From Peribolospora baueri (lineage: Eukaryota), in the NCBI GenBank assembly GCA_029717555.1, contig JAMDHS010000052.1, forward strand, positions 124,001 to 160,980: a stretch of DNA of 36,980 nucleotides, read 5' to 3'. Every line of letters begins with the position of its first letter. The first letter of the stretch is position 1. Made by a program: the position numbers and the translations under genes. A model generated the notes under the pieces. That model saw only the letters and a list, made by a program, of their open reading frames with translations, did not search any database and was not told the DNA's origin. Positions 1-11,463 of the stretch are shown here, in pieces.

Positions 1-879
1 TTTCCCTTTTTCTTTTTTTCTCTTCCTCTCTTCTCTCTTTCTCTCAGTCCGCGTCGATTCGGAACGAGGCTATGCAGTTACTCTCCTCACAATGAGAGTC
101 TCTCCCCTCCGAATTTCTTTCGACTCGCAGCGTCGATTCCCTATTCCCTTGACTGCCTTGTTTCTCTACTCGGGTCATCACGGCGTGACGGCTCAACGAC
201 TCTTCATCGCGCCACAAGAATGACGCTCGGGGCGCCGGTGACTTTTCTGGTCACAATTTTCGATACGAGGAGGATGGGAGGTGGGTTGAATTTCTCTGTT
301 GACTCTCCGGTCTCGCCTGTGCCGACCGGCGGTCCAACCCGTGGGTTCGTTCCGCCGTTCCGCGAAATGTACCTCCATCCACCCATACCTAATACATAAA
401 CACACACCGCGACCCTCTCTTTATCTCTTTGCTCACTCATCGTGGCTACCTTGAGACCGTTTTCGTACCCGTCTTAAGACGACGACGACGACAACGACGA
501 TCATGACGATGAGCCCCCAGCTCGGGACCTGATAAGCGCGGTCGGACAGCGTAGGGGGAGCGAGGAAGATGGTTACCTGTCATCCTACCTAACCCTCTAC
601 CTCCTCCAGCAGTCTCGAGTCGGACCACGACCCACACGCCGACTGTACGCACCTACTAAGACCTATTTCCAATCCCTCTCTCCTCTCCGCCTCTTCGGAC
701 CTCGGCGCCGACGCTGGCTCACCTCGCCGACGCGTCCCTCCGACTTATCCGCCCCACTCCTCCTCCTTTTTTCCGCCGTCCATATCGCCCGCCTTGGCTT
801 TTCCTTCCTTTCTCTCTCTCTCTTTGTCTCTCGCAATGCATCGCGCAGTTCATAGCAAAGCAAGTCAAAGTCGAATGTC

Positions 880-2696
880 ATGCTCGCACGCCGCCTCCTC
901 TTCTTGACGACCGGCCGGCCGGTCCGACTCGATCGCCTCGCCGCACCCGTGCCCTCTTCTTCAACAGTCCCCGTCCCCATCCCGACGTCGCGCTCCATCA
1001 TCACCACTCCGACTGCCAGCGCTAGCCCTCCTCCACCGTCGTCGTCGTCTTTCTCCAACATGCCTCGGTCCTCCTATCTGCCTTGGCCGCCGCCCTCGCA
1101 GTCGGACTGCTGTCTCTGTGGCCCCCGCGTCGTCTCGAGGCGGAGCTCGCATCGTCGTCGTCGTTTTGTCGTCCTCCTCCCCCTTTAGCCCCTCCGAGCT
1201 GCCGCCCCGCCTCATCTCCGCCAAGGAGCTCCTCCAGCGCAAAGGACGATCGCTTTGGGTCGTCTTGGACGGCGTCGTATGGGACGTCACCGCGTTCGCC
1301 GACAACCACCCCGGCGGCGCAGACGTGCTGGTGCAGAACGCTGGCAAGGACATTTCTGCCCTCTTTCGAACCGTCCATTCTTCCGCACTCCTCCGAGACT
1401 TGCACCGCCATGGCGTCCGGCCTGTCGGCACGTTCGACCCTGCCACGGCTTTTGAGGTCGAGCATGCCGAGCAACAGCAGCTCGGGTTTGACTTCGATCC
1501 ATCCTCCCTCCTCTCGATCACGTCTTCGACCTCGCTCACTTCGAGTCTCTCGCCCACGACGTCCTAGCCGAAGCAGGCACCAAACTGTGGGGCTATTTCG
1601 CTAGCCATTCCGACCACGGCGTCTCCTTTCGCTCCAACTGCTCCGCATGGTCTCACCTCCGTCTCTTACCTCGCGTACTCGTGCCCATCGCCAAAGTCGA
1701 CCACACCACCACTATGGCTGGCCATGTCTCTTCTGCCCCCTTTCTCATCCCTCCCGTCGGTCAGTACCGTCTCGCTCACCCCGACGGAGAGATCGCCGTC
1801 CTTCGCGCTGCTTGCCAGAACTAGCATCCCCTTTTGCGTCTCTAGCGCGTCTAACACGCCGATCGAAGACGTGCTCCTGGAACGAGATCGGATCGTGCAC
1901 GACTCACCGACGACGAAGAAGGATACGTGAGAGCGCCGGTATGGTGGCAGATCTACATGCGCATCGATCGTAAAGACATGGCGGACCGTATCCGATGGGC
2001 CGTAGAGCTCGGCGTCGACGCCCTCGTCTTCACCGTCGATGCCCCCGTCATCGCCCATCGCAAGCTCGACAGGGCCGTCCACAAGAGCGGCTCAGCCATG
2101 AAGGACGTCGCCGGATCCAACCCGACCACCGCGCTCTTCGATGCCAACCTCGATTGGAGCGACGTCGCTTGGATTCAGGAGCAGGCGGATTGCGCGATCG
2201 AGGCATGGGGCCACGCCGTCAAAGAAGGAGGGCCGTCGCGGGCGACCGTGTGCCACTACTGATCAAAGGCATCACCGACCCCAGAGACGCAAAGTTAGCC
2301 TTCGAAGCCGGTGCCGACGGCATCATCCTCTCCAACCACGGCGGCCGACAACTCGACCATGCGCCCGCGCCCATCTCGTCCCTCGTCCGACTCCGTGCCG
2401 AGCACCCTGAGCTTTTCGACGATCCCCGCTTCGAAGTCTACGTAGATGGAGGCATCTCCACCGGCACCGACGTCCCCAAGGCCCTCTGTCTCGGCGCTCG
2501 CGGCGTCGGCCTCGGACGCCCCTTCGTCTTCGCCACCCTTTGCTAAGCCGGTACGACGGCCGCCATCAACATCCTCCAGCGAGAGTTGACCACCGGCCAG
2601 AAGTTGATGGGCGCACAGACGTTGGATCACCTGTCGGCGGATATGGTAGAAGTCCTCACTCCGCTCTTCATCGGCAAACGCGCCAACGACATCTGA
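880..2696 (+). pseudogene. Flavocytochrome b2 / FMN-dependent alpha-hydroxy acid dehydrogenase (L-lactate/mandelate dehydrogenase-like), disrupted
   Basis: Stitching frames gives a mitochondrial-type presequence (MLARRLLFL), a hydrophobic segment (LAAALAVGLLSLW), a cytochrome b5 domain (WVVLDGVVWDVTAFADNHPGG), then FMN domain motifs LRLLPRVL, LAHPDGE, WWQIY, FTVDAP, LLIKGI, ILSNHGGRQLD, DGG..GTDV.KAL.LGA..VGLGRPF, ending ILQRELTTGQKLMG...NDI-TGA at 2696. It needs about 6 frame changes (~1080, ~1168, ~1512, ~1812, ~1927, ~2240) and read-through of TAA 2544-2546. No GT..AG introns explain these breaks. Confidence 0.85.
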
Positions 2697-3064
2697 CCAC
2701 CTTCGTTCCCTCCGAGTGTATCCGCTTTCCTTTTCAGCGCTGTGTCGCACGCGAGCGCGTTCATTTTTGCTTGAACGGCAACAGACTCGAGAGTTGTGCA
2801 AGTGAAGGCTGTGTGTCTAAAAATACAAAGACCGTTGCATCGGCTCATCTGGACGAACCTGAAGACCGAGCGAGGTCGTCTGGAGGAGAGACAAAAAGAG
2901 GACAGGGCGACCGCGCGCCCATCGCAAGGCGGACGACAGCGACCCAAGTCGTGGGCGCCGAGGGTGGAAGGCGAAATCGGCAGACTTCACCACGGCTCGT
3001 GTGGTCATGTCGCTCGTACTACGCCTGGACGGCTAGATCGAAAACCTTGTCAAAAAACCAAAGC

Positions 3065-6000
3065 TCATAGAGCCGACTGGATTCTGTGCCGCTCGATGAC
3101 CGACTTTTGCTTCGGATCCCTCGTCACCCGCCTGAACGTTAAACAGCGGTGCACGTCATCGAGCGGCGCGAACACAAGTCGTGGATGAGCCGCGTCCGAA
3201 GTACCAAGCGGACAAAGGCCAAGCGACGCACCAGAAATAGTCCAGACAATCGGTCTGACCCAGTTTGGCCAAAAATTCCTCGTCGTGCGTAATGACGATG
3301 AGCTGGAAGTTGGACTGGTGCCGGCGTTCGCGGATGATGCTAAGCGCGGCAAGAGTAGGTGTTGGCATTGACAGCCGAGGCGGCACCCGCTCCACTTGAA
3401 CAACGAGACTCACTCTCCCAAGCTCGTAGCCAGCGCTTCGATGTTCTCGCGGTCGAGGTTCGTCGTGGGCTCGTCCAGGGCGAGGATGCCGCAGTTGTTG
3501 CCGAACGAGTCCGCCAACGCGAGCCTGATGATGATGCTCGCCAGCACTTTTTGACCGGCCGAGCATCTGCCGCGCATATCCATCTCGACGTTGTCCTTGG
3601 TCATTACCACCTTTTGAGGGCGAGAAAAGAATGAAGACGATTGTGGGGAAGAGTCGAGCGAAAGCGTTGACCACTGACGACATGCTCACCCGATAGTTGT
3701 ACGACCTATTGCCTCGCGCACCCTCATTGTCCGACCGAATTTTGATCGTGTCAATATCTGCAGAGGTCGATCCATGTAACGACCTTGCTCATCAGCATTC
3801 GCGAAGGAAACCATGCGCCTGACTTGCACAACGCAAGACGCACCGCTACCCTGATAAGTCTTCGCCCATAGGTATTGAATCTGCTCGTTGATCTCTTCCA
3901 TCTTGATGGAATGATACCGCATGATCGCGCTGTCCAAGCACGACGGTGGTCCGCATGAGGTCCGCCTCGATATCGTGTTCGGCGTCAAGTTTACGAGCTT
4001 ACCTGTCCAACGCCTTCGCATATTTCTCCAAGTCGTCGTTGACAAGGTCGGAAGTCTTCCGTTGCCAAATATACTGGTAAGGACCCGCTCCGAATCGGCT
4101 CGAAGCGAAGCTTCCCGCTATCCAGAAGAGACGGCCACCTACGCACCTTGACCTGAATCAGCTGCTGAGTGTGCAGCTTGTGAATGTCCTTGTAGTTTTC
4201 CTTCAACTCTTGTTCGCGAGCCTTGATTTGCAACTTCAGTCCTTCGATCTCGCCTCCAAGGTGTTGTTGCTGCGAAGGACAAGAAGCGGGGTTAGCTGCG
4301 TGTCCTCGTACCGACGGGAACAGCCCGCGCACTCACCCTCGCGTTCAGACTGTTTTCCGTCTGCCTCCCTTCCTCTGCCCGCTGGTTATACGTTCGGTAC
4401 GCCCTCAAGGCGCCCTCCAGATCGATCTTGCTGATTTCCTCGTCGATCTGGGCGGCATCTCGCCGCAACTCGCGGAAGCGCAAGTTGTCCATGATGTTTC
4501 GCCGGGTCGAGTCGGACGTGTTGAGCTCCTTGGTGACCTTGTCCAGAGAGTCGCTAATCGACGTAATCTCAGCCCTGATCACACCCATCCTCTCATCGAG
4601 CTCGCTGATCGCTTCGATGCAGCGGGCGAGTTTCCCTTCGGAGCCAGAAAGAACGTATCTAAGGATGGAGGAGAGTGATTGAGCGATGTTCGCGCAACTC
4701 CGTTCAACCCGACCAGCGATCCATGCTCACCGGGTCACTTCTCTGTTCGAGGCCTCCAGCTTATCATAGCTCTGTTGGTACGCCTGTAACTCCCTCAGTG
4801 CCGCTGTCTCCTTTTCTTCCATTTCCCGTCTCGTCTGCTCCCTCTCGTCGTGGACCCTACGGATGGGTTGAGAGGCCTCCTTGATCTTCGCCTCAACGTC
4901 CTATTTCGACCAGGTGGCGGCGTGAAAGTTCAGCTAGATGATCAGGAGTCGGATCGAAAAGTCCCTGGACTCACTATGATCATCGTCTGCAAGCCCGAGA
5001 TCTCCTCCCTGGCTTCCTCGATCCGCTGCGTGTAGCTCTCCCGTTCTTTCAGTTTCTGTCGCATTTCCGACAGACTCATCTCGCTCTTGTGCAAATCACG
5101 CTCCAAATTGGCGATGGCCGTACGCTTCTGCTCCCGCTCGTTCGTCACCAACTGAAGCTCTCGGTTGGCGCGCTTGAGGTCGTCGCTCAAATTCGTCAGC
5201 TGGGCTTCGACCTCGTCAACCGTCTGAGCGATGCCCCAATACGCGAGCTCGCGTTCGAGGTCTTCAATCTCCTGCAGAAGGGAACGAATCTCGCCTCGCA
5301 TCCACGAGATATCTCCGGTGACGCGCTTCAAAGATTGCAGCTCCCGCACGTCGGTCTTGAGCGAACTGACATTGAAGGAGGACTAGAGAAAGAATCGAGG
5401 TGGGTGACGAGTCTTTTCTTTCCGCAAGTTTTCCCGCGAGCGAACCCACCTGCTCTGCAGCGGAGCTGGCCTCTGACAACTTCTGCTCAAGTTGCCGAAT
5501 ATCCGTCTCGAGTGCCGGGATGACTTTCTCCCTGAGCTGGGCCGCCGTCGCTTGCTTAGGCAGGAGCTCCTGGAACTTTCTGAGCTCCTGCGTCCACTCC
5601 TGTAGCTCATGCTTGAACTCCTGCCGCTTCGAGGGCGCGTTCTTCTTGATGCAGTCCTTGACCTGCGATTGAAACGGACCAAAGGTGAGCGTGAGCAAAG
5701 TACGATCGGCAAGCCAAACTGCTTCCCCAGCTCCTGCTCACGTATTGCTCGAAAGCACCAAATTGCTTTTCGTCAATGTCCCGATTGCAGCCGATGCACC
5801 GGTTCGCCTCACGACCCATCTTGAGGACCCTTTCGAACCAAGCCGAGGCGTGTTCCAAGTCGCCCAGTTGATCTTGGCGAAATTTGATCTCGATTTCACT
5901 TTCCTTGATGGCCTCCTCGATCGAATGGTACTCGTCGCCGAGCTGCTCTCGGACGTGCCGCTCAACGTCTACAAGCCACGAGCGTTCAGGATAACCGTCT

Positions 6001-8757
6001 GAGACTGTTTGTTATAAAGGACACCCTCACTCACCCTTCAACTCTTCCTTCTTCTGCCGAAGTTGACCCTTTGCGGAGGTCACATTAGTCTGGAGCTGCT
6101 GGACCTGCACGTCCTTCGCTTTGTCCTCCTTCTCAGCGGCGGCGAGCTCGGTTTCCTTGGACCTATACTCGTGAAAGAAGATCTGTTTCAGGATAAAGAC
6201 CGCGCGCGCTGTAATGGAAGCCACCCACTCACGATAAGGCCTGGGCAGCATCGGTCTCCATGGACTCGGCCGAGAGATCGGAGCCGACGTTTTGACGGTA
6301 CTTGGCTTCGTTGCGGTCCACCCTGTGGTAGAAGTGAGGTGAGCCTCAGGACTCATCCACAGAAGGAGAGAGAACAGCGCACATGGTCTGAATGCTCTCC
6401 TCCTTGTTCTGCACGTCCGTCCTCTTTAAAGCAAGCTTAGCTCGCCTGTCCGCCTGCTTGTTGAGCGCGCTGAGGTCGTTGTTGAGCGACTCCCTGTTTG
6501 CCTCCAGGTCACGGATGACATTATGCTTTTGGCGGACGAGTTGGTCGTATCCCGCCAAGTTCATCTCCTTGGTCAGGGTCTCAAGCCTCGCTTGGGCATC
6601 TTTCTGCTCCTTCTCGCTCATCGAGAGGTCCACATCGCTGATGCGGACAGAGTCGATCTTGCTGTGGAAGGTCGAGATGTCGTTATTGAGTTTGCGCTGC
6701 AACCAAGAGAATGAACCGGAGAATGAGCGTGCGAGCGGAGCGGTCGACGGTGAGATGTCAGTTTAACGCTCACCATACGGTCAGTATAGTTCTGCTTTGA
6801 CATGGTAAGCGACAGCAGCTCCTTCGAGAGCTCCTCGACGAGCGCCGAGAGCTCCGCGTCCTTCGCGCTAGCGTCCCTCTGGAGGAGATAAACCCTGGCG
6901 CAAATGTCAGCCAGAGTGACGCATTCACCGGCCAGGAAGACTGCTCACTCGCCTTGATCCGCGCCACCTCGGCGTCTTGCCTCCGTGTGAGCTCCAATAG
7001 ACGCTGCATGAACTCTTCGATCCTATCGTCTTCCAGAGGCGAGTAGTCGTACCCCTTGATTTCAAGCTGGTTGGCGAGCTTACGAACCAACTCCTGGCGG
7101 TCCTCCAAAGCGCGCTCATGAGCCTGCGCCTCAGCCTGTAGCTGTCCCCTCTCCATGAGTTTCCTGGCGTGTTGCTGCTGGAACTGCTTTAGCTTGTCTT
7201 CCTCATCTTCGAGACGCCTCATCTCTCCTTGCTTGCGCCCCTCGTAATTGGCGAGGTGTTGCACAAAGTCGTTTTTGCGTCGTTGAAGTTCCTCGTCCGT
7301 ATCCTCCAGCTCCGTCATCGACTCGTGAAAGCTGGCCATGAACTCTTCCAACGTCTGCTTGCGCTTTTCAAGGCTCTCCACGTTCTGAAGAGTCTCGCGG
7401 AAGCCCATGGCCTTGTCGACGAACTCCTTGTTCGCCGCGCTGATCTGCTTGATTTCCTCATCGAGCTCCTCATACTCGGTTTTCTTGTCAGTTAGCTGCT
7501 TGCGCAGCGCGTCCGTCTTCATCGTGATCTACACAAGCCGGTCGGCAGCAGGTTAGTGAAGCGAATACGTTCCAAGTAGTGATAAGAAAAGGATGACTCA
7601 CCGCGTTTGCCCGTTCCTTGTCTTGCTTGAGCGCGTCGAGTCGCACACGGTCCGCCTTGAGCTCTGCTGTCCGCTCCTTGCGAAGCACCTTGATGGAATC
7701 GAGAGCCTTGGTGTATCTGCGGAGGCGCGAAAGCTGGCCACGTTTAGCGATTCGTCTCCGCTCGATGAGGAGCATTTCAAACCCACTTGGTCGCCTCGAA
7801 GATGTCGTCAAACTTCTTCTTAAGACTGGCTGGTTCGGACAAAGGCCAGTTGGAGTCTTCTTGATGACAGAAGATTACGTTCTCGAGGATGGACCTGGAG
7901 ACGCCGAGCTGGCGAGGAATCTCTTCATCGAGCTCAGAGCATTTCGTAGAAATTGTCGTACGCTGATGAAGACGGGAATGAGATCGGTGTGAGCGACAAG
8001 ACTGGTGACACGCCTACCGGAGCGAGAAAGTTGATGTGAGGCCACACCGCTCCCGACGTCCACGCAACGCACCTTGTCGGCGTTGGCGCCATCGACGTCC
8101 TCGACGCTGAGCAGGCCCTCGAGGGTCTTCATCGTCAGTGCAATCGAAGCGCCGGACTTTTTCTGGGTCACCTGCAGCGAACGAACGCAGTTCATGCGCT
8201 TCTTGTTGACGTTGTAGAAGCGCAGACGCACTTGAGCCTTTACTTCTCTTTCGTTGGCCATCTGCATTAGATGCGGTCATCGAGTGAAACAAAAGAAAAA
8301 CATCGAGAAGTGTGTGAGTGAGAATGCATGGGAAAGCAAAAAAAAAATATGAAGCAGAACGCCTTCGGGGCTCGCCTTGGGGTCGTGCACAAAAGCACCA
8401 CCCTTGGTGTTGGGCGGCAAGTCACCGGTGGCTGCGTACTTGAGGCATTCGATAATGGTCTGCGGCCGATGCAAACGAGCATGAGCACGCCGATTGCAGC
8501 TGTCGCATTTTCTCCCGTAACATATTCTCCTTCCAAGACGCTCCCGCCTCGTCCCCAGACCCACCGTCTTTCCGCTGCCATTGTAGCCCACTATGACGGT
8601 CAGCGGCGAGTAGAACTGGATGATGGCGATGGACTTGTCGTCGAAACTGCGGATGCCGCGGATGGCCAGCTCTGAGAAGAGGAAGAGGACGAGGTGAGCG
8701 GCGTCAATGGATTCAGTCGACCAGGGAGAAGAGGAACCCACTGTCGAGGGACGCCAT
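3065..8757 (-). CDS. RAD50: DNA repair protein Rad50 (MRN complex ATPase), multi-exon
   Basis: ATG at 8757 ([16 protein letters not shown], first intron 8741-8672). Walker [21 protein letters not shown], long coiled coils, zinc hook CIGC (5787-5798), signature [10 protein letters not shown], Walker B/D-loop [12 protein letters not shown]-loop [10 protein letters not shown], stop TGA at 3065. The exon junctions I checked join in frame. Confidence 0.97.
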
Positions 8758-9294
8758 GTTGCGGGAAGCGCCGCCGTCGTCGCAGTGGCCGGTGGGTGGA
8801 GTGAGAGCGAATTGTGATCGAGCATGGCCACTTCATTTACACGGACGACACGGGACGCGCAGCGCTGCGGCTAACTGGCTCTGCCCTACCCTCGTCTTAT
8901 TTCAAAAGCACTCTCCGTCTGCGAAACATTCTCTTGTCAGATGCGTCTCGGTTAAATTTTTTCCAGCACGGAGACCGGCCGAAGGGACCACCAACCCGTA
9001 CACTGTACAGGGGATGAGGATGACAATGGAGACAGGAGTTTTTGATACAGGACATCCGAGCAGAACCGAGAAACCCTAGAGGAAAGACGCATGCACGGCA
9101 TGACATCTACAGATAGCAGGTGGAAAGAAGCCGAATCGATCGGCTGAGCGAGACGGATGGAAATCGAAGTAGAAAGGAGGATACGAGGAGGGGAAAGAGG
9201 GCCCAGCCCTGGGCCGAGCGCGAACGATACGATCGGCTCGGTTCACGTCACACCTCGCGGAGATGCGACACGTTACGTCGGACGAACCAGGCAT

Positions 9295-10383
9295 CTAGCC
9301 CTTGAACGCGTACTCGGCCTTGCGCTTGCCGGTGAGCTTCCAGGTCACGTTGGCGACGTCATTTTTGTTCGTCGCCGATTTGCCCGTAAGCTGGGACCAC
9401 GCGCCGGATATGACGTCAATCGACCCCGGCGTCTTGACCCACTTGGGATCAAAAGCGTCGACGATGTACATGGTCATCGTCTTACCGGAAGACTGCTCGG
9501 TAACCACAGCCTCTAGACCGCAGTACTTCTGGGCGGCCGACTTCCACGCCGAAGGGTTAGAAGAATACGTGGCGAGGCTGGGAGACATGGTGGACAGGTC
9601 GGGTGCGAAGCCATTCATGTTGTTCGTGTAGGAAAGACCGCACCACGACTTCCCGTTTGTGGAGTCACGGGAAGAATCCGTTTGGAACCAGGAGGCGATG
9701 CCGTTGTTGGTGCCCGAAAAGCCGGAGGGCATGTTAGGGACGGCCAGAAGACCCTGAACAGAGCCGGTCGAGGCAGGGCGGGGTGCGGAGGAGGCAGCGG
9801 AACTGCCATGGGATTTGGAACTAGAGCCCGTTGGCGAAGAGTGCGCGGGACTGGCTGAGGCGGAAGAGCCGTTGGAACCGGATCCTTTGCTAGAGCAAGT
9901 CCCGTTCTTTCCGTTCCTCCTAGCCTTCTTGCCCTTGCCACTTCGCTTCCTGCGAGCGACGCCGCCAGTAGCATCGGCATTCTCGCTCCGACGGAGAGGA
10001 GCGAGACCGTTCACGCAGTCTTCATACTCGCGCGAGTTGAGCACGTCAAAGGGAACGTCGTACTTGCCGCCGTTCTCGGCGAGGCCGTCACGGATGCAGG
10101 ACTGCTCGAGGCCGGCGCGGGACACCAGGTCCATGCGAATGTTGTGGCTGTACTGCTTGTCCGAAATCTCGTCGCGGGGGGCGGCGACGATGGCCTCGAT
10201 GGCGGGGGCGTCGCCGGTGGAGGCGGGCGAGCGGGAGGTGAACGGGCTTGCCAGGCGACCGAGGGCGTCGAGGTGGGCGCGCGGGAGGAATGAGTGGCCG
10301 TCAAAGTGGGCGGCGGCGGGGAGTGGAGCAATGGCGCTCAGGGCCATGCTAAGCAAGACACCGTAAAAAGCGAGGCGAGCCAT
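9295..10383 (-). CDS. Secreted protein with C-terminal RlpA-like double-psi beta-barrel (expansin/loosenin-like) domain
   Basis: Single 362-aa ORF with a signal-peptide-like N-terminus (MARLAFYGVLLSMALSAIAPLPAAA), a basic cluster RRKRSGKGKKARR and a Ser/Gly-rich linker. The C-terminal domain has G.ASWF...WCG, YCGLEAVV, MYIVDAFD, SIDV, VTW, which resembles the DPBB pattern. Fold assignment is inference from motif spacing. Confidence 0.8.
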   Translation of the reverse strand: MARLAFYGVLLSMALSAIAPLPAAAHFDGHSFLPRAHLDALGRLASPFTSRSPASTGDAPAIEAIVAAPRDEISDKQYSHNIRMDLVSRAGLEQSCIRDGLAENGGKYDVPFDVLNSREYEDCVNGLAPLRRSENADATGGVARRKRSGKGKKARRNGKNGTCSSKGSGSNGSSASASPAHSSPTGSSSKSHGSSAASSAPRPASTGSVQGLLAVPNMPSGFSGTNNGIASWFQTDSSRDSTNGKSWCGLSYTNNMNGFAPDLSTMSPSLATYSSNPSAWKSAAQKYCGLEAVVTEQSSGKTMTMYIVDAFDPKWVKTPGSIDVISGAWSQLTGKSATNKNDVANVTWKLTGKRKAEYAFKG

Positions 10384-10560
10384 TGTGTGACGAAGAAATA
10401 AATGAGAGGGGACGTGAGAAATCGTTGGACCACGGGGAGGAAGCGCGTCAGCGGGGCGAGGGCGTCAAGCGCGATAGAGAGCGTCGGAGGGGTAGGATGA
10501 ACGGAAGGGCGGCCGACGGGCGTGGATAGAAGGAGAGTCGTCTAGACTAGGGAATGTGAG

Positions 10561-10646
10561 GGGCTAGGGATGGGATGGGAAGGGATGGGAAGGGATGGGA
10601 AGGGATGGGAAGGATGGGAGGGGGAGAGGGGGAGAGGGGGAGAGGG
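10561..10646 (+). repeat. G-rich simple repeat (GGGATGGGAA)n followed by (GGGGGAGA)n
   Basis: Directly visible tandem GGG tracts separated by 1-4 nt, about 180-260 bp upstream of the ATG of the secreted protein gene. Confidence 0.9.
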
Positions 10647-11463
10647 CGAGGTGGTGGTGGTGGTTAAAGGAAGACGACCGCGCTGTCAAGTCGCCTCGGT
10701 CCGGCCTAAGGTCGCGCTTTGCCGCAGCCTCCTCGACGCCGAGGGATGGCCCCTCGTTTGGCGGCCCCACTGAGGCGTCAGAGCCGTGGGAGCCGTGGAG
10801 CGGACGGCCGCACTCAGACATCCGTCTTCGCTACCGACATACGGTCGAGGGAAGGGAAGAAGAACGCAAGGAGCACCCGACGACGGGTGAAAGAAAAAGA
10901 GGCGCAAGCGCCACTCGACCGTTACCAGAAAGACATAGAGACGCATAGAACATACATATCCGCAGCACATACGTTTTCGTTGACGAATGAAACGTGGATG
11001 GGGGGGCCGAATCGCGACTGAGAAACAGCCAAGACAAAGGCGTTCGAGAAAGAAGAACGCCGACGACAGGCACGGAAACATGACTGAAGGAGGCTAGGGG
11101 AGCGAACGCGAGTATAGCAGTAGAGACTGGCCCATCCCTACAAACCCGCAGCTGATCCTAATCCCCCCCTGCTCCCAATTAAGAAGCACTTTGGTCCGCT
11201 TGCCCGCCCACCTCAACTCGGGCGGTGGATCCGTTCCCGCTCCTCCCGTTTCTGCCCTCCGACGAGGCCAAGTCCCCGCCAAGGCGAGTCGCTTGGCCCT
11301 ACTCGGAGCTTCTCTCTCCTTCGAGCTTTCCCTAAGCTTGAGCCTCGACCAGGAAGCAAAGCTGGGGGGCCGCCCAGTAGGTGAAGGAGGGCGACTCGGC
11401 GATACGAACAGACCCCTGCTTTCCCGCTGGCGCTGACGGCGGCGACTTCAAGACCTTTTCGTA

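Noticed and set aside
585..600. CTAACCCT as a telomerase RNA template or telomeric seed
   Set aside because: Single 8-mer without a full 1.5-repeat template or supporting structure.
1..879. Short ORFs and CT-rich or (GAC)n tracts at the window start
   Set aside because: No coherent coding signal; looks like promoter or UTR sequence, possibly of a gene outside the window.
880..2696. Programmed frameshifting or RNA editing to rescue the cytochrome b2 gene
   Set aside because: Breaks go in both directions, show no shared slippery motif and come with substitutions in conserved residues; decay is simpler.
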